Source of the DNA: Perkinsus olseni
Taxonomy: Eukaryota
DNA: 49,242 nt
Assembly (NCBI GenBank): GCA_013115125.1
Contig: JABANN010000038.1
Span: 62,001-111,242, forward strand
Direction of reading: 5' to 3'
A program made the translations under genes and the position numbers. The notes under the pieces are model-generated. The model did not search any database and was not told where the DNA came from. It worked only from the letters and a program-made list of their open reading frames with translations. Below are positions 1-11,752 of the stretch, one piece after another. Within the stretch, counting starts at the first letter, position 1. Each line of letters opens with the position of its first letter.

Positions 1-3000
1 TTACTTTGCTCTCTTCTTCCCACCGCACTTGAGATTAAGGTAAGTCGTGAACCTCGCCGCGAAGGGCTTGCTGAATCTCTCCGGAAGATTCTCCCAAGCA
101 ACGCCCGTTGTCGGCTCGAAATCCAGTTGTTTCTCAACGCGGACAACATCAGGGGACTTGGCTTCTGGAATTCTCCCTCCGAGATCTTCCGAAAAATATT
201 CTCCCAGAAGCCCTGGTTTGCGGACCACCTGAACAGACCAGTGAGATCGACACCCAAGACAGCTACTTCCACCCTGGGCGGATGCGGAGGTGGGGAAGTA
301 CAGGTAGTGGTTCACAAGGGCTCTTGCTACATAAATCCGACCATAGAAGAGCACAATCTCATAATACACCCTCCCAAACGTGACTAAATCTCAGAACGAC
401 AGACGCTAGCTCCTGCGGGCACAAAGTGCCGCGCACCATCGTCCCGAAGGCGCAACCGATCGGCTATAGTCGTGATGAGGTGTGCCCGTAGCGGCGACAC
501 ACCAAATGAGGTTAGCCGAGCGATTCCATGACGGGCAGTGAGGTACGTATCCGCCTGACGTCGTATCCTCGCTATTCGGCAGACATCGAGAGTAGCAAGG
601 AACATGAGCCCTCATAAGAGCTTTGTTAGGATATCAAGAACTCGACGCTCACCTCCGATTGCTCCACTGAGTGCTGGAGAACGGCTGCCGGAACCTTCAT
701 TTGCTCATCCCCTGTATCCGGGCCAGAGTAAAGGAGATTAAGGTACCCCTGTGGGCCCTCCGACGCCGAAAAGAATCTGCATAGTTGAGCAGAGTGGACG
801 GCCTCCATTCGGCAACTCGCCCTATTCCCGAAGCAACTTTGGCATCCGACAATCAGACCGCGGCTCGTGAGCCAGCCAATGACCCCTCACGTCACTAACG
901 TCTACGTTTTACTGCCACACTTACTTTAACGCTAGCCAAGGCATGAGAAGACTGCTACAGCAAGCAGCAGTCGAGAGCCGTATAGCCATTCCAAGAGGAG
1001 ATTCCACTCCGATCGAGGAGCGCGGCGCGGGAAAACCAGTTCGAGCCTCGAGGCGAGTACACTAGAGCACCGTCCACTCGCGGTTGAAGTACTTGTGAGT
1101 TCTAACACCTAATCCCGCCCGGTCCCTGCCTACTGAACAGTAACTCTGTGATTCCCAGGCATCAGCTGCGTCGCTCCGCTCGGACTCTCACTCTTATTAT
1201 CGACCACTAGTTTATCGTTCACATACATAAGAGATGGTCCGCCGCTGTCAAGGGTAAACGTGTACTCTCCCATCTTCGCAATGACCAAAAATGCCGACCA
1301 TCTGACTGCCACGTTTTGGCGCAGTTTTTCGGGCAAATGCCCCCAGCTGTCAGGGCCCTTGCAGATCTCCTGTTCAACGCAAGCATGGTCCGGCCGCAAT
1401 CCCATCAGACTCGGCACTCGATCGCCAACAGACATCTCGCCAAAACCAAAGTACTCGGTGAAAACACATTCAGGGAAATCTTTCTTCAGCAGAGCTCGTT
1501 CGCCCGTAGCCGTACTAGCGAGAGTCGTCAAAGATATCCTCTCCATGTCTATCATATTCTTGCCAAGATTTAGTTTGATAGCCGTCCTCGTGCGCCCTTC
1601 TTTCGGCTGCGCTATGTTCCACATCCCAACAGCACCCGAGCGGAGACTGCACATCTGGTCCGCTTTCAACACGAGCTCGTCCTCAGTGACCTTCCCAGTC
1701 GGTTTCCATTCCCACACGCCACAAAACTCCATCACAGCATCATTTTCATCCTTCGGACGAACCCAATGAGCGGGAACCTTCTTGTCCATCCCACCGTGGG
1801 AGTACACGATATCATACGTCCCATTGGCGTAACTCTCCTCCACCTTCCCGCTGCACCATCGGCCTTTCCCCTGGTAATTGACCATAACAACGTCCTCAGC
1901 CCCCAGTCGTTTCATCGCGAATCTGAATAAGCGGAGCGAAGCTACTGTAGTAAGAATCACCCATTCTGACACCACCACTGGTGAAGCCCTCACCTGCCAT
2001 TCCAGAAGGCTTGGTCGTATTCGAATTTTTTCCGGCTTTGGAGGACCACTTGAAAGCCCGACATCTCGTTGATCCGCTGCTTGGCCAAGTCATCTTGTGC
2101 GAGATTACTCACAGCCCGAGACGCCTCTCCCTGAGTCAAAACTTAGCCTTAGCAGTCGTCAGAAAGGCACGAACTGCACCCCTAACCCTTGATAGGAAGC
2201 GGCGTATCGAACACCCGAATATCGAGGAGGAACCCACATTTTTCGTGCGGGGAATGAGGAGAATCCCTTCAGCATCATGGAAGTGTCGAAAGAAGCGGGA
2301 CCTCGAGTCCCAGCTACCTGCAGGAGCGCTGAATCTGTGTGGTTGTTCATAACCTCGACGACCATCTTAACCACCCCCGCCTCTGTAAGCTTCCGGCACA
2401 GATCCACGTCCTGGGCCAGATTGGCCACTGCTCGGCAGGCGTTTTCTGCGACCGTTGGGACGCTCATGAATTGTTGCAGCCGTTCCGCCAAGATTTCGAT
2501 GCCCCCCTCCCGAGCGAAGGCAGAGCGAGCGCGGCCGCCATTCAGCGTTGACGGGCTGGTGCAGTTGGCGAGACACTGGAAGGCTGTTGCTGCCTGAAAA
2601 AATAGAGCATCAAGCGTCATGGCAACCAATCCTGAGATGCGCACCTCCTCATCCTCGTCACAGTGGTGGAAAAGGTATCTTACTAAGGGGTCGACACTTT
2701 GCACCGCCATAATGGTAGAACGAGCCGCCTGCGGTCGCCAGTCTGGGAAGCTCAGGAGGACCAGTAAGTCAACAGAGCAGGCGGCATCGCAATGCTTCCA
2801 ATAACCGGCACAGTTAGGCCTGACAAGAGAACAGACGATTAGACACGGCTGAGTTCCAAAAACCCAACTATCGATGGCTTCAATGACCAAGACAGATAAG
2901 AAACCTACTGAGAGTGTCAACTCAGCGTACGAGGAAGTTACCAGTGGACGCAACGACTTAGCCAATCTCAAGTTGCGCAGTACCACCCGAGCAGCCATCT

Positions 3001-4065
3001 ACCTCGATAGTGCCGGCCGAATGCTCTCCGGTGCTTTCATAATCTCCGCTAACATATCCGCAGTACTCGTGACGTCACTCAGAATGACCACATTGCTGCC
3101 GGCTTCGCTGGCCTCCTTCAAATCCTTCTGGACTTGAGGATTTTCGAAAACGCCAGGCCGCAGGATGACAACAACATTCAGGCTTTCCGCGCTCTTGCTA
3201 GGAACTGAGGGGAGAAAACTTGCATGAGCGGGAGCTCGACGAGGCAGTCCCATTCACCGCGAATAAACTACTGCCCTAGCTACCGCTGACCTCCGCCAGA
3301 CCGAACCACAACACTCGAAAAGAAAAAGGCTTCCAACCTGTCATGGGATCCTCTTGCGGCGCTGCTTCCTTTTTGTTATCCTCCTTTTTAGTATCCTTCT
3401 CTTTCTCAGCCAAGGCATTGCGACACAGCATCGTTCGGACCTAAGGTTCTCATCTATGAAAACCCAAACTAACAAAAAAAATTATGAAAGAAGCAAAACT
3501 TTATGAAAATTATTTATGAAAACCCGGGTTCTTTTTTTCTTTTTGGAGAGAAGAATCCCGAACCCGCAGAGTGCAGAGTAAGCGGTTTAGCTTGCAACTT
3601 CGTCGAGCCGCACCGCCAGGGCCGAATGATCGGGATGATCAACCCACTCTTCCCACTCACATTAGGTGTGTGATCTCTGATGCTCTTGAGCAAATCCAGA
3701 GCCATAGATGTGCCCTCCTTAGATCGATCGTGGCAAATGAACAGGTCATACCTGATTCCATAGAAAAAACTTCCGAACCGTTCCAGTTGAGGTAAACACC
3801 GTAGCCGCCCAAAGTGGCAGAACGGGAGCTCGTCGAGTTCAGTTGAGCCGTTGCAGACCACGAGCTCCGTGTTCCAAGGTCCGGCCAGATCTACAGCTTA
3901 TTGAAGCCTCATAAAATAGCTATTCTCAGCTACAGCGACGGATTACTGGACAAGTTCAATCATCTGAATGATTCACGAGAATGCAAATGCGCTCACTATC
4001 GTCGTAAAATTCCACAAACTTAAGGTTACGACGCCTTTTCGACACACAGTAAGATCCTGTCACCG

Positions 4066-4103
<38 letters not shown>

Positions 4104-6852
4104 GTCACGGCCCAGCCTCACGCTTTCTGGAACCTCTTTCCCTTCATCATGTGCTTGGCCTTATCCACTAAATACTTATAATGGATGCCCACATCTCTGT
4201 CGCCTTCAAGTATACCTGTCGTTAAAACAAGGTCGCCCAAATCGCCTTATTTCAAAAGCGTGGAAGTGACAAGAAAGAAATCAGCCGTAGCCCGATCTAC
4301 CCATTTTCTTGGAGACATAGGCATGGTAATTGTGGAAGGTCGTGAATGATATCTCGCTGTCAAGCGACATGCCGGGATACCTGAGCACCACACCTGCCTC
4401 GAGCTACTCTAACCACCTCAACGTTTTCTACAGCATGAGCGAGAATATCCTCCTGCTGATCATCTCACTGTACTGACCTCCGAGCGTTTCAGTGATGACC
4501 TACGGTGACATCTCATGCGCGGCGGGGTAGTACGAGGCCCTCACTCTATCAACTTTGACAAATTGGTTCCAATCGACGACGCCCTTGCTCTCGGTGTCGT
4601 AAAGTTCGAATAAGCTTTTGATGTTAGTGTCGATGTCAGAGGGCACCCTCACGTTCCTCTTAGAATCTGCTTTGGCCACCTTGTAACTGCGAAAGCCAAG
4701 AGAGTAGCCGAGCCACTCAAGTTCGCTCCCGGCACCCTACATCTCCATGCGGCCATCGATCGGAAGGTCCATTGCTTTACTATTCTTATACTGCAAGCGA
4801 AAGGACGGTACTCCAGCCGCGCGAGACCTGAACCGGGAAGCGATCAGACCGAAACAACGAATGCTCTCAAAATCCACTCCAACCACCACCATGGCCCCGT
4901 CCACCTCAAGGTAGTCCTGACCTACCTCGGTGACTTATTGTCGTCCATCTTCACGACTCCTGGTAGCAACAGCCTCCTCACGGCCGCTGCTGAGTGCTCC
5001 TGCATATACGAGTACGTCGGGACTCTGACAATAAAATGGTGAGAAGCGGGTTGAGCGCGCCTTGTGTCCACCTTTGAAGGCAGTCCCTGTGGACAAGATC
5101 TTCATATCGCAAGAGCTCAGCCTCAACCCCTTCTATAGCGTCCGTTACGACATGTAGTAGAGTGATATGAACCTGATGTGCGGTCGGACGCGGAATATCG
5201 TACGCGATAAGATCATAAATGCGACAGGCAAAGTCGCGCGCCACGAAATTACCTCCTGCTCCAGTGCAACTCTAACCTCTTCGCAAAGCTGCTCATCAGT
5301 GAAGCAGTTGGACGTTACCAGTATGACCAGATTGAAAGATTCTCTCACGTTAGATACCTGCTATCACGTCCATCTCGTCATGAAGTAAAGCCCGCCACTA
5401 CCTTAGCGTTCTCTGACATGCTATTGTATCCCGAAGAGACGCCGTTGTTAAGTGCCACAGATAGTGCCGGTGCCAGTATTTTAAGTTGCCTGAAAAATTA
5501 AAGATTCCTTCGCATTCGACTCTCCTGCTGAACGAATATAATTAGAATTCACAGATTTGTCGTCAACAGAACTGATCACTTGAGATCGAGAAAGCAATCG
5601 AAGGCTGGCGTGAGGGCTCTGCCCCCCTCCCCTTTCATCGGCTTTTTCCTGGGTTCTAATTCACAGGCATGGCTCTATTCCATCTCACCGTGAGGACACA
5701 CGAAAACTTTTCGCTGTTCTTTGAATTTTCGACTCATCACACGAAGATGACGTTTCCCATGGCCCATCAAGGTTGCCCGCTTACTTATGCAAGTACTCCG
5801 CGGTGGATGGGGCCTTCTCAGACACGATATGCTTAGCACAAGTTATACAAAAATCATAACGCTTCCGCACTGAGGAGCGCATCCTAGCCTTCGATACCTG
5901 CTCAAAAGAGGCGTTCGCATGGTTGCAGCTATCACTTAGAAGCTTTCTCGGAGCAGACAGGGATAGTCGAATATCGAGGGCTGATGATTCCTCGGAGCAA
6001 CGGCCCCTTATGGGAAGCCTCCAAGCAAGATGCCGGTGGTTGGTGGAACAAGAGAAAGCAAACGGACGCCCCCCTAGCCTATCCCTCCAGGGATACTAGG
6101 GGATGTAGCATTACCTTGGCGCCAAAGCGGAGGATATCGTCCATGACTTTTCGAGACTTGGCCTCGCGTATCTGATCTACCTTTTCTTGGTCGCTAAGTT
6201 TGAGGCAAGTCAATAAGAGGTCATTGCATTGGTCGAGCAGATCAGATACCTGCCGGGGAAAGGCATCGCGATTGCGGCTACAGTGGAGCAAGGGTGGAAA
6301 CCACGGGCCCGGCATCCCCGGCCGCGAGTGAACTCGTGAACTGCGCAAACGAACGACAGTGTTCGGTCCTACATATACGACGTTCTTCTTCCCCGTCAGA
6401 GTTTCCCTATGAGCCTCAGGGGCACCGTCGAAAGCCTCGGTGAGCGTGGGGCACGTGGCGATCCACTGCAGTAGCACCTGCTCATGAAGGAGTACCAACA
6501 GCGAGGGAATATCATCTTTACTATGTTCTTCTTTCCCGTAATAGCCTGCTCTAGTGCATCGCACACGATCTTGTTCTTGAAAGTCTCGGGACCACCTAAA
6601 CGCATCTTTCACCAGCTGCACGACCAGAGTAACCCACATATCAGGAAGGCGACATTCTGCGCTTTGATTGCGTAGCTGTTGTTATCCGACTTCGGCTCCT
6701 GGACCTGCGATCAGGCCCACTTCTATCTGTGAAGGGAAGGCCTTCCTTACTGTAAATCCCAGTATGGTGAGCATGCTCCTGTAAATGGTTTTCACATTAT
6801 GAGCTGCCTCCAGGCACTCTGTGTCGTGGACGATTATCAAGTCGTCCGACAT
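1..6852 (-). CDS. Multi-exon multidomain protein: TIR-like x3, EF-hand pair, ARM repeats, Tudor/Agenet-like, PA14 x2 or more (3' end beyond window)
   Basis: Manual splicing from ATG 6852: MSDDLIIVHDTECLEAAHNVK...LGFT|VQEP...VAFLIC|GPETFKNKIVCDALEQAITGKKNI|VLLQW (TIR1); RYDFCITCAKH...ESFNLVILVTSNCFTDEQLCEEVRVALEQE|VHITLLH (TIR2); IKSLFELYDTESKGVVDWNQFVKV (EF-hand); RYDLFICHDRSKEG...ESLNVVVILRPGVFENPQVQKDLKEASEAGSNVVIL (TIR3); AREGGIEILAERL...NACRAVANLAQ...TEAGVVKMVVEVM (ARM); VMVNYQGKGRWCSGKV...GTYDIVYSHG (Tudor-like); VAVRWSAFL...GEYTFTLDSGGPSLMYVNDKLVVDN...LLYSGPDT and PGLLGEYF...FAARFTTYL (PA14). Most junctions are GT..AG and keep frame; a few (about 3750-4050, about 4860-4990) are uncertain. 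Confidence 0.75.
4066..4101. repeat. (CAT)12 trinucleotide microsatellite, intronic in the TIR/PA14 gene
   Basis: 12 perfect CAT units, directly visible. Confidence 0.95.
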
Positions 6853-6999
6853 ACTCTACGAAGGAAAATCTGAGACACTTTTCAAGCACGGGAGTACAGG
6901 GCCGTGCCGTGCAGTACTTTCTACCGAACGAAGACGGCTAAGTAAGTCTGAGAGCGCAAACTCCAACCGACAGACTAGCAGCCCCTCAGTGCCATGGCA

Positions 7000-9366
7000 C
7001 TCCTACTCTTTAGTCCAGTGCAACTTTTGCTTTGCATGAGGAACGGTAATCTAGTTGACGCAGAGTACGGATGCCCCGGAAATGCTCAGCGGTGCAACTT
7101 CGACTCCGTAAACGCTCAGCAGCTAGCACTGCCGACCTATGTTCTACCCCCCATGCATGATACGAGGCGATCGCTGTGTGTTTAAGGGCGAGCGAGATTA
7201 AGAAATGCGCCGGCGTTAAGGAAGTCTAAGATTGCAAGATTTCCGTCGGGGCCTTGCATCCGTAATCCCTAGATGGCGGCGGCGCCACGAAAGCTTTCCT
7301 CGCCTTCATAGCAGACGAAGCGATGACGCTCTCCAGTGGGTCCGCAATCTTCCCGTTGCGAGGTTCCGCCCCTGTCCCTGTTCAATACCCAACATACCCA
7401 ATTGCGGGATCTTATCCACTCCTTACTAACTCAACGGCGCGACCAGCAACAGACAACTGCACAACACTTGTACACCATTTCACACACCAATCGTAAGTTC
7501 ATGCCAGACTTTAAGCTTTTTGCAGAAGAACTCGTGCATCAGCTCGAAGGTACCCCTTGCTGACGAGTGTGCGCTCACGAATTCTCTGAATCCTCTCACG
7601 TCGGCAGAGTACAGGCCGCCAAACAATCGATCAGCAGCTTCTCCACAGTTCCTCACTTCGCGTGTATTGACCTCGTCAGGCAGAAGCGTCGCGAGCTGGA
7701 TGTTTGTACTGAAATGATGACCGGCCTGTAGAGTAGACGACCCAGCGAGGCAGCCAACGGCATCAAATGCGACGAAACGCAACGATAGCAAACGAGATTT
7801 GAGGGACGACCGCGACCACGAGAGATAACAAAGAGGTTGCCAGAGATTCGACGGCGTCACTTACAATGCGCGAGCTTCACCGTTGCATTCAACCCTGTCC
7901 CACTCATAGTGCGTAGGGGTCTTTTGGAACGCGAAGGCTTTGCCGGGCTGATCCTGGACCTCCACAATGCAGAACAGAGAAGGCAGGCCATCTGGGACGT
8001 CCGCCCTACTGTGCTCCTCCATAACCACGAATTCCTGGAAAAGTACGAGTGCCAGTTACGGACCTGTAGTGGGTTAGAAAGCCCCGACTTACTGTTAGCA
8101 TCGGGCGATTGGCCACACCTCCCCTGCCACCCCGCGGATGCTTCGTCAAGGCTCTTGCCGTCTTGCAGAAGTAAGCATGACTGATACGTGCTGTATCAGT
8201 GATGGGGTTCGTAGCCAGGAGCTCAGGTTTGAGGAAGTTCGCATACCCGTACACGTTTCGGTCGTAGAGATCGCGGAATATTCGTTGGGTTAACGGGCCG
8301 CAGAGCTCCCTCGAAAGCATCTTCAAGTCCACGTGCCACCAACTACGAAAGGCGACAAATCACAATTACGAAAGAAATCCATGAGCGTTTTCACGTTTCA
8401 TGATCTCACGGTTCCCTTGCCATTCGCAATGGCATTCGACGCCTCTACGGCCGAGCGGAGCGTGTCAATCCCAGACTTACAACATCCATCCCTCATTCCC
8501 GCAAGGCCCGAAACCAATGTCATACCCTCCTGGGGATGCCTCGACGAGGAAAACTTTCGTTGGATTGGCGGCAAGGGAAAGCACGCAAACTGTCGTCTCC
8601 GCCTTTATGCCAAGCTCCATAGCTGAGCTCACGATCGAATAACCCTAAGAGTGAAATTGTGAGGCGGAACAGTGCGCGCCGTGTAGTCGCTCACTTGCAA
8701 ATTGTATGCACAGGGCTCAGGCTCGCCGTAAGGACCAAACTCCATCATGACCCGCACAAACCACTCGCCGGTCGACAGCCCTGTTCTCTTCACGCTACTC
8801 CAGGCTTCTCTGTTGACTGGGTTCGCCAAAAGGGCATCGTACAGAAGGGTGACGGCTTCTTCACAGCTCTGGACGGGAGCGTGGTTCGCCGATTGGCTGA
8901 CTCTAAATCGAAGGGTCGTGTCGCGCGCGCACCTAAGAGAGCTGGAAGATCAGGGAACCCACGATTCCGTTAAGAACCGATAATAGGTGGGTGATCTCGC
9001 CCGAGCGACGTACATCAATAAGGTCGAACGACCGGCAACTTCTACACGATCCAGAGCGAATTTCGTCGGGGATTTAGAAAACTGGAAAGAGTCTGCCGAT
9101 TTGTCTGCCTTGAACACACATTGGAGAGTGTCCTCTAGCTGGGGCGACGAGATCGCCTCGACGGAATACCCCTGAAAAGACAGTGCCAGCTTCCACAAGA
9201 GAATGCTGAATATACGCACTTCGAGCTTAGGAGGGCCAATTTGTGTTCTCTCTCTTTTGGCTTCTTTAAGCTCTTTGCCCCATCGCCTTTTTATCATCTC
9301 GCTCAGTCCAGGAGAATAAACACAGGGTAACATCCCCACCGCAAAAAGAAGGTGGAACGAGAACAT
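7000..9366 (-). CDS. Hypothetical multi-exon secreted protein (lineage-specific); 3' end uncertain
   Basis: Hydrophobic N-terminus MFSFHLLFAVGMLPCVYS. Series of minus-strand ORF pieces (8950-9366, 8629-8829, 8006-8332, 7480-7860) separated by short GT..AG segments. No family recognised. Confidence 0.5.
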
Positions 9367-9905
9367 ATTTCACTTCAGAACTGAGTAGAGAGATATGCGC
9401 CGAGAATCCCTATGTGGCAGCAAACAACAGCGCAGGCAAGCGCTAGGAAGGCGATGGTATCATGAAACACCGTATTCGGGTTCCGAATTTGATGGAGAAT
9501 GCATCGAAGGCATATCCACATTCATAAAACCCATGATTATCTGTTCGAGAGGACAGCTCGAACCCAAAGGACGAGGAGACGTTAGGGCGAGAGGAGGAAA
9601 TGCAACACGTGCATGGACATCCATAAGATATTCCCACTACAGCCGCTGTAGTACAGCGCGCTGCAATGAAAAATCGTTGAAATTCCTTCGGCGGATGCGT
9701 TTAACGGCTTCGAAGGCTTAGTTACGACGCAGACGTCCTAATGAGATGAGCGAGACGCAGGGTGTTACCGGAGACGCGCGCCCCGGATTTGGGCGCGCGA
9801 AAGCTTCCGTCTGAGCTGAAGCTCATGCCTGTTACCTTTCCCACCAGCATCATTACATCGAGACGAGGAGCTTCTGAGTGGAATTCCGAGTATTCTGCAT
9901 CTACC

Positions 9906-10655
9906 ATGCGCTGTAAGCATCCCATCGACTCCGTTGAGTTTGAGCACAATACTGCCTGCCACGTCTGCACCGCGTGCGGCGAAGTCATATCGGACATCTC
10001 GACTTGCGAGGGTTTCGTCGCCGGCCGCGACAATGGCGACGATGAGTTCCAGAAAGAGGGCACCGACTTCATCAACCTCTCGCCCAGTCCTTCCGGGAAC
10101 GAGCCTTTACGCGGCTCGAAGGTCGTCCGAGGTTTGACAACCACTTTCGCGCCGTGCGAGACGCTCGGAACCGCGCCGCAAGGGCCCGGTGAGGCTTTCA
10201 TTGAGCGATACGAGCGAGATCTGCAGCAGGCTGCAACGGAACACGGCATTGATGTTGAAATGGGTGAGCAATGGCAGAGGCTTCTGGACGTTGCGAAGTT
10301 CTTTGGCGATAAAAGATACTCTTACAGCGAGAGGGGTCACAGATATTACTTCGGGAATCCCCCGAATATAAAAATTAGCATACACGGTATATGCAGTTTT
10401 GTGGCGCGTGAATTCGGCTGCGAGTCTCCGTCTCATCGAGAGCGGCATATAGAAGGTGTCGACATGAGCTCGAGGAAGCTGGCCATGGCCGTACGGCGGA
10501 TATGCTGGGATATTCGCGAGTACGCCCGGAAGTCCGGTGGTCTGGCCGTCGGCCCGTCGTTGGCTGAGCGAAAATTGGCGGCTGATGAATCGCCCACGGT
10601 CAAACGACTGGCAGAGGCTCTTGATCGGGTACAAAAGCGGCAGAAGACTGACTGA
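9906..10655 (+). CDS. Divergent TFIIB/BRF-like protein (Zn ribbon plus a single cyclin-fold repeat), intronless, 249 aa
   Basis: MRCKHPIDSVEFEHNTACHVCTACGEVI resembles the TFIIB zinc ribbon (human [27 protein letters not shown]). HGICSFVAREFG...VDMSSRKLAMAVRRI resembles cyclin repeat 1 (ACLYIACRQEG...SKKEIGRCFKLI). Confidence 0.6.
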   Translation: MRCKHPIDSVEFEHNTACHVCTACGEVISDISTCEGFVAGRDNGDDEFQKEGTDFINLSPSPSGNEPLRGSKVVRGLTTTFAPCETLGTAPQGPGEAFIERYERDLQQAATEHGIDVEMGEQWQRLLDVAKFFGDKRYSYSERGHRYYFGNPPNIKISIHGICSFVAREFGCESPSHRERHIEGVDMSSRKLAMAVRRICWDIREYARKSGGLAVGPSLAERKLAADESPTVKRLAEALDRVQKRQKTD

Positions 10656-10763
10656 TACTCGTAGTATACTGCATTTCGCTATCATTTTTCACACTCCGTA
10701 CTTGTTGTGTCTGTGTGCGGCTCCATACCAACTTTTCTCGGATTCTCAAGTATCTGTTACTCC

Positions 10764-11221
10764 ATGCCGGGTGACCAAACTCACGTCGCTTGGGGCTACA
10801 GGTTCCTTAATAGAGGAGTCTGCTTCACTTCTGGATACTTCCTTGCCTACGCATTTTGCAACCCGGACGTTGATAATGTGTAAGAGTAGTTTTATCGGCA
10901 CGTTGCCTTACTCTATCCCGCAGGTACGACGTCTTCCCTCTGCAGCGTTCGCGATATGCGTTCATAAACGCCTATGAAGTGAAGCCTGAGGATCAATACA
11001 CTTTCGAGTGTCGATGGAAGGACTTAGCTCGCTTCTACCAAATGCAACCCGGTACGTGAGGAACTGAAGTCTACAGTACATCTTTGACTGCCGCAGGTTA
11101 CTTGTTCAACAAGTTAGAGAAGCTTCAGAATATGCATGTTGATGCCACCTATCAGTACTATGATGTTATGCAATGGTCGACTGGTGAGGCTTATCGACGG
11201 GCCACCATGAAGGCAATGTAA
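10764..11221 (+). CDS. Small 3-exon hypothetical protein (122 aa), absent from the ORF track
   Basis: Exons 10764-10879, 10924-11051 and 11097-11221 with GTAAG..CAG and GTACG..CAG introns give an open 369-nt CDS: MPGDQTHVAWGYRFLNRGVCFTSGYFLAYAFCNPDVDNVYDVFPLQRSRYAF...RRATMKAM*. Confidence 0.7.
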
Positions 11222-11752
11222 TAATAATAGCTGCTCAACGATACTGTAGGCTCGGTGATGGTGATAGTTGGGGGAGTTCACGCTCTTTGCTCGGCTAGCG
11301 GGCTTGGGCTCGACCCAGTGAGTTGTTGTAGCTTCTCCGTCGTTTCAGACACAAGGAGCTCGTCCATGAACTACCATGCGACAAGTACCGACCTATAATG
11401 TGAGTGCGGGGCAATGGAGACTGTAGATCGACGGATGTCGGCCCGACATCCCGACACAACCCGACATTGTCGGGTGCCTTTTCATGACCGTTGGTCGTCA
11501 TGTTTTTGAGAACGCGGGGGTGGCTTGTGTATACCTCTACGGTTTGGTTTGCCGCTTGGTCATACAGGTATAAGCTGGTGGTGGACGACACTGAGTTTAG
11601 CCCTACGGAGTCCGTAGCAGCCCGGGGAGGCGGCATGGCGCCCAGTTGACCGTGTCGCTCCGTACGACTCATGAAACGTGTTTCTGTTCCTAGATGGATT
11701 GTGTTGATCGCAGTTGGAATCTTCCGTGGCAGGTTTTACTACCGCATCATCA

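Noticed and set aside
975-995. CCGTATAGCCATTCCAAG loosely resembling the dinoflagellate/Perkinsus spliced leader (CCGTAGCCATYTTGGCTCAAG)
   Set aside because: Too many indels, and antisense within an intron; no convincing SL relic found, including upstream of the intronless TFIIB-like gene
3455-3545. AT-rich stretch with repeated TATGAAA
   Set aside because: Low-complexity intron sequence; no terminal repeats or target duplication indicating a mobile element
9395-9721. 108-aa + strand ORF between the secreted-protein gene and the TFIIB-like gene
   Set aside because: No recognisable motif or splice support; likely divergent intergenic region
11295-11672. 125-aa minus ORF and possible spliced + strand mini-gene
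   Set aside because: Could not build a consistent spliced frame or recognise a family
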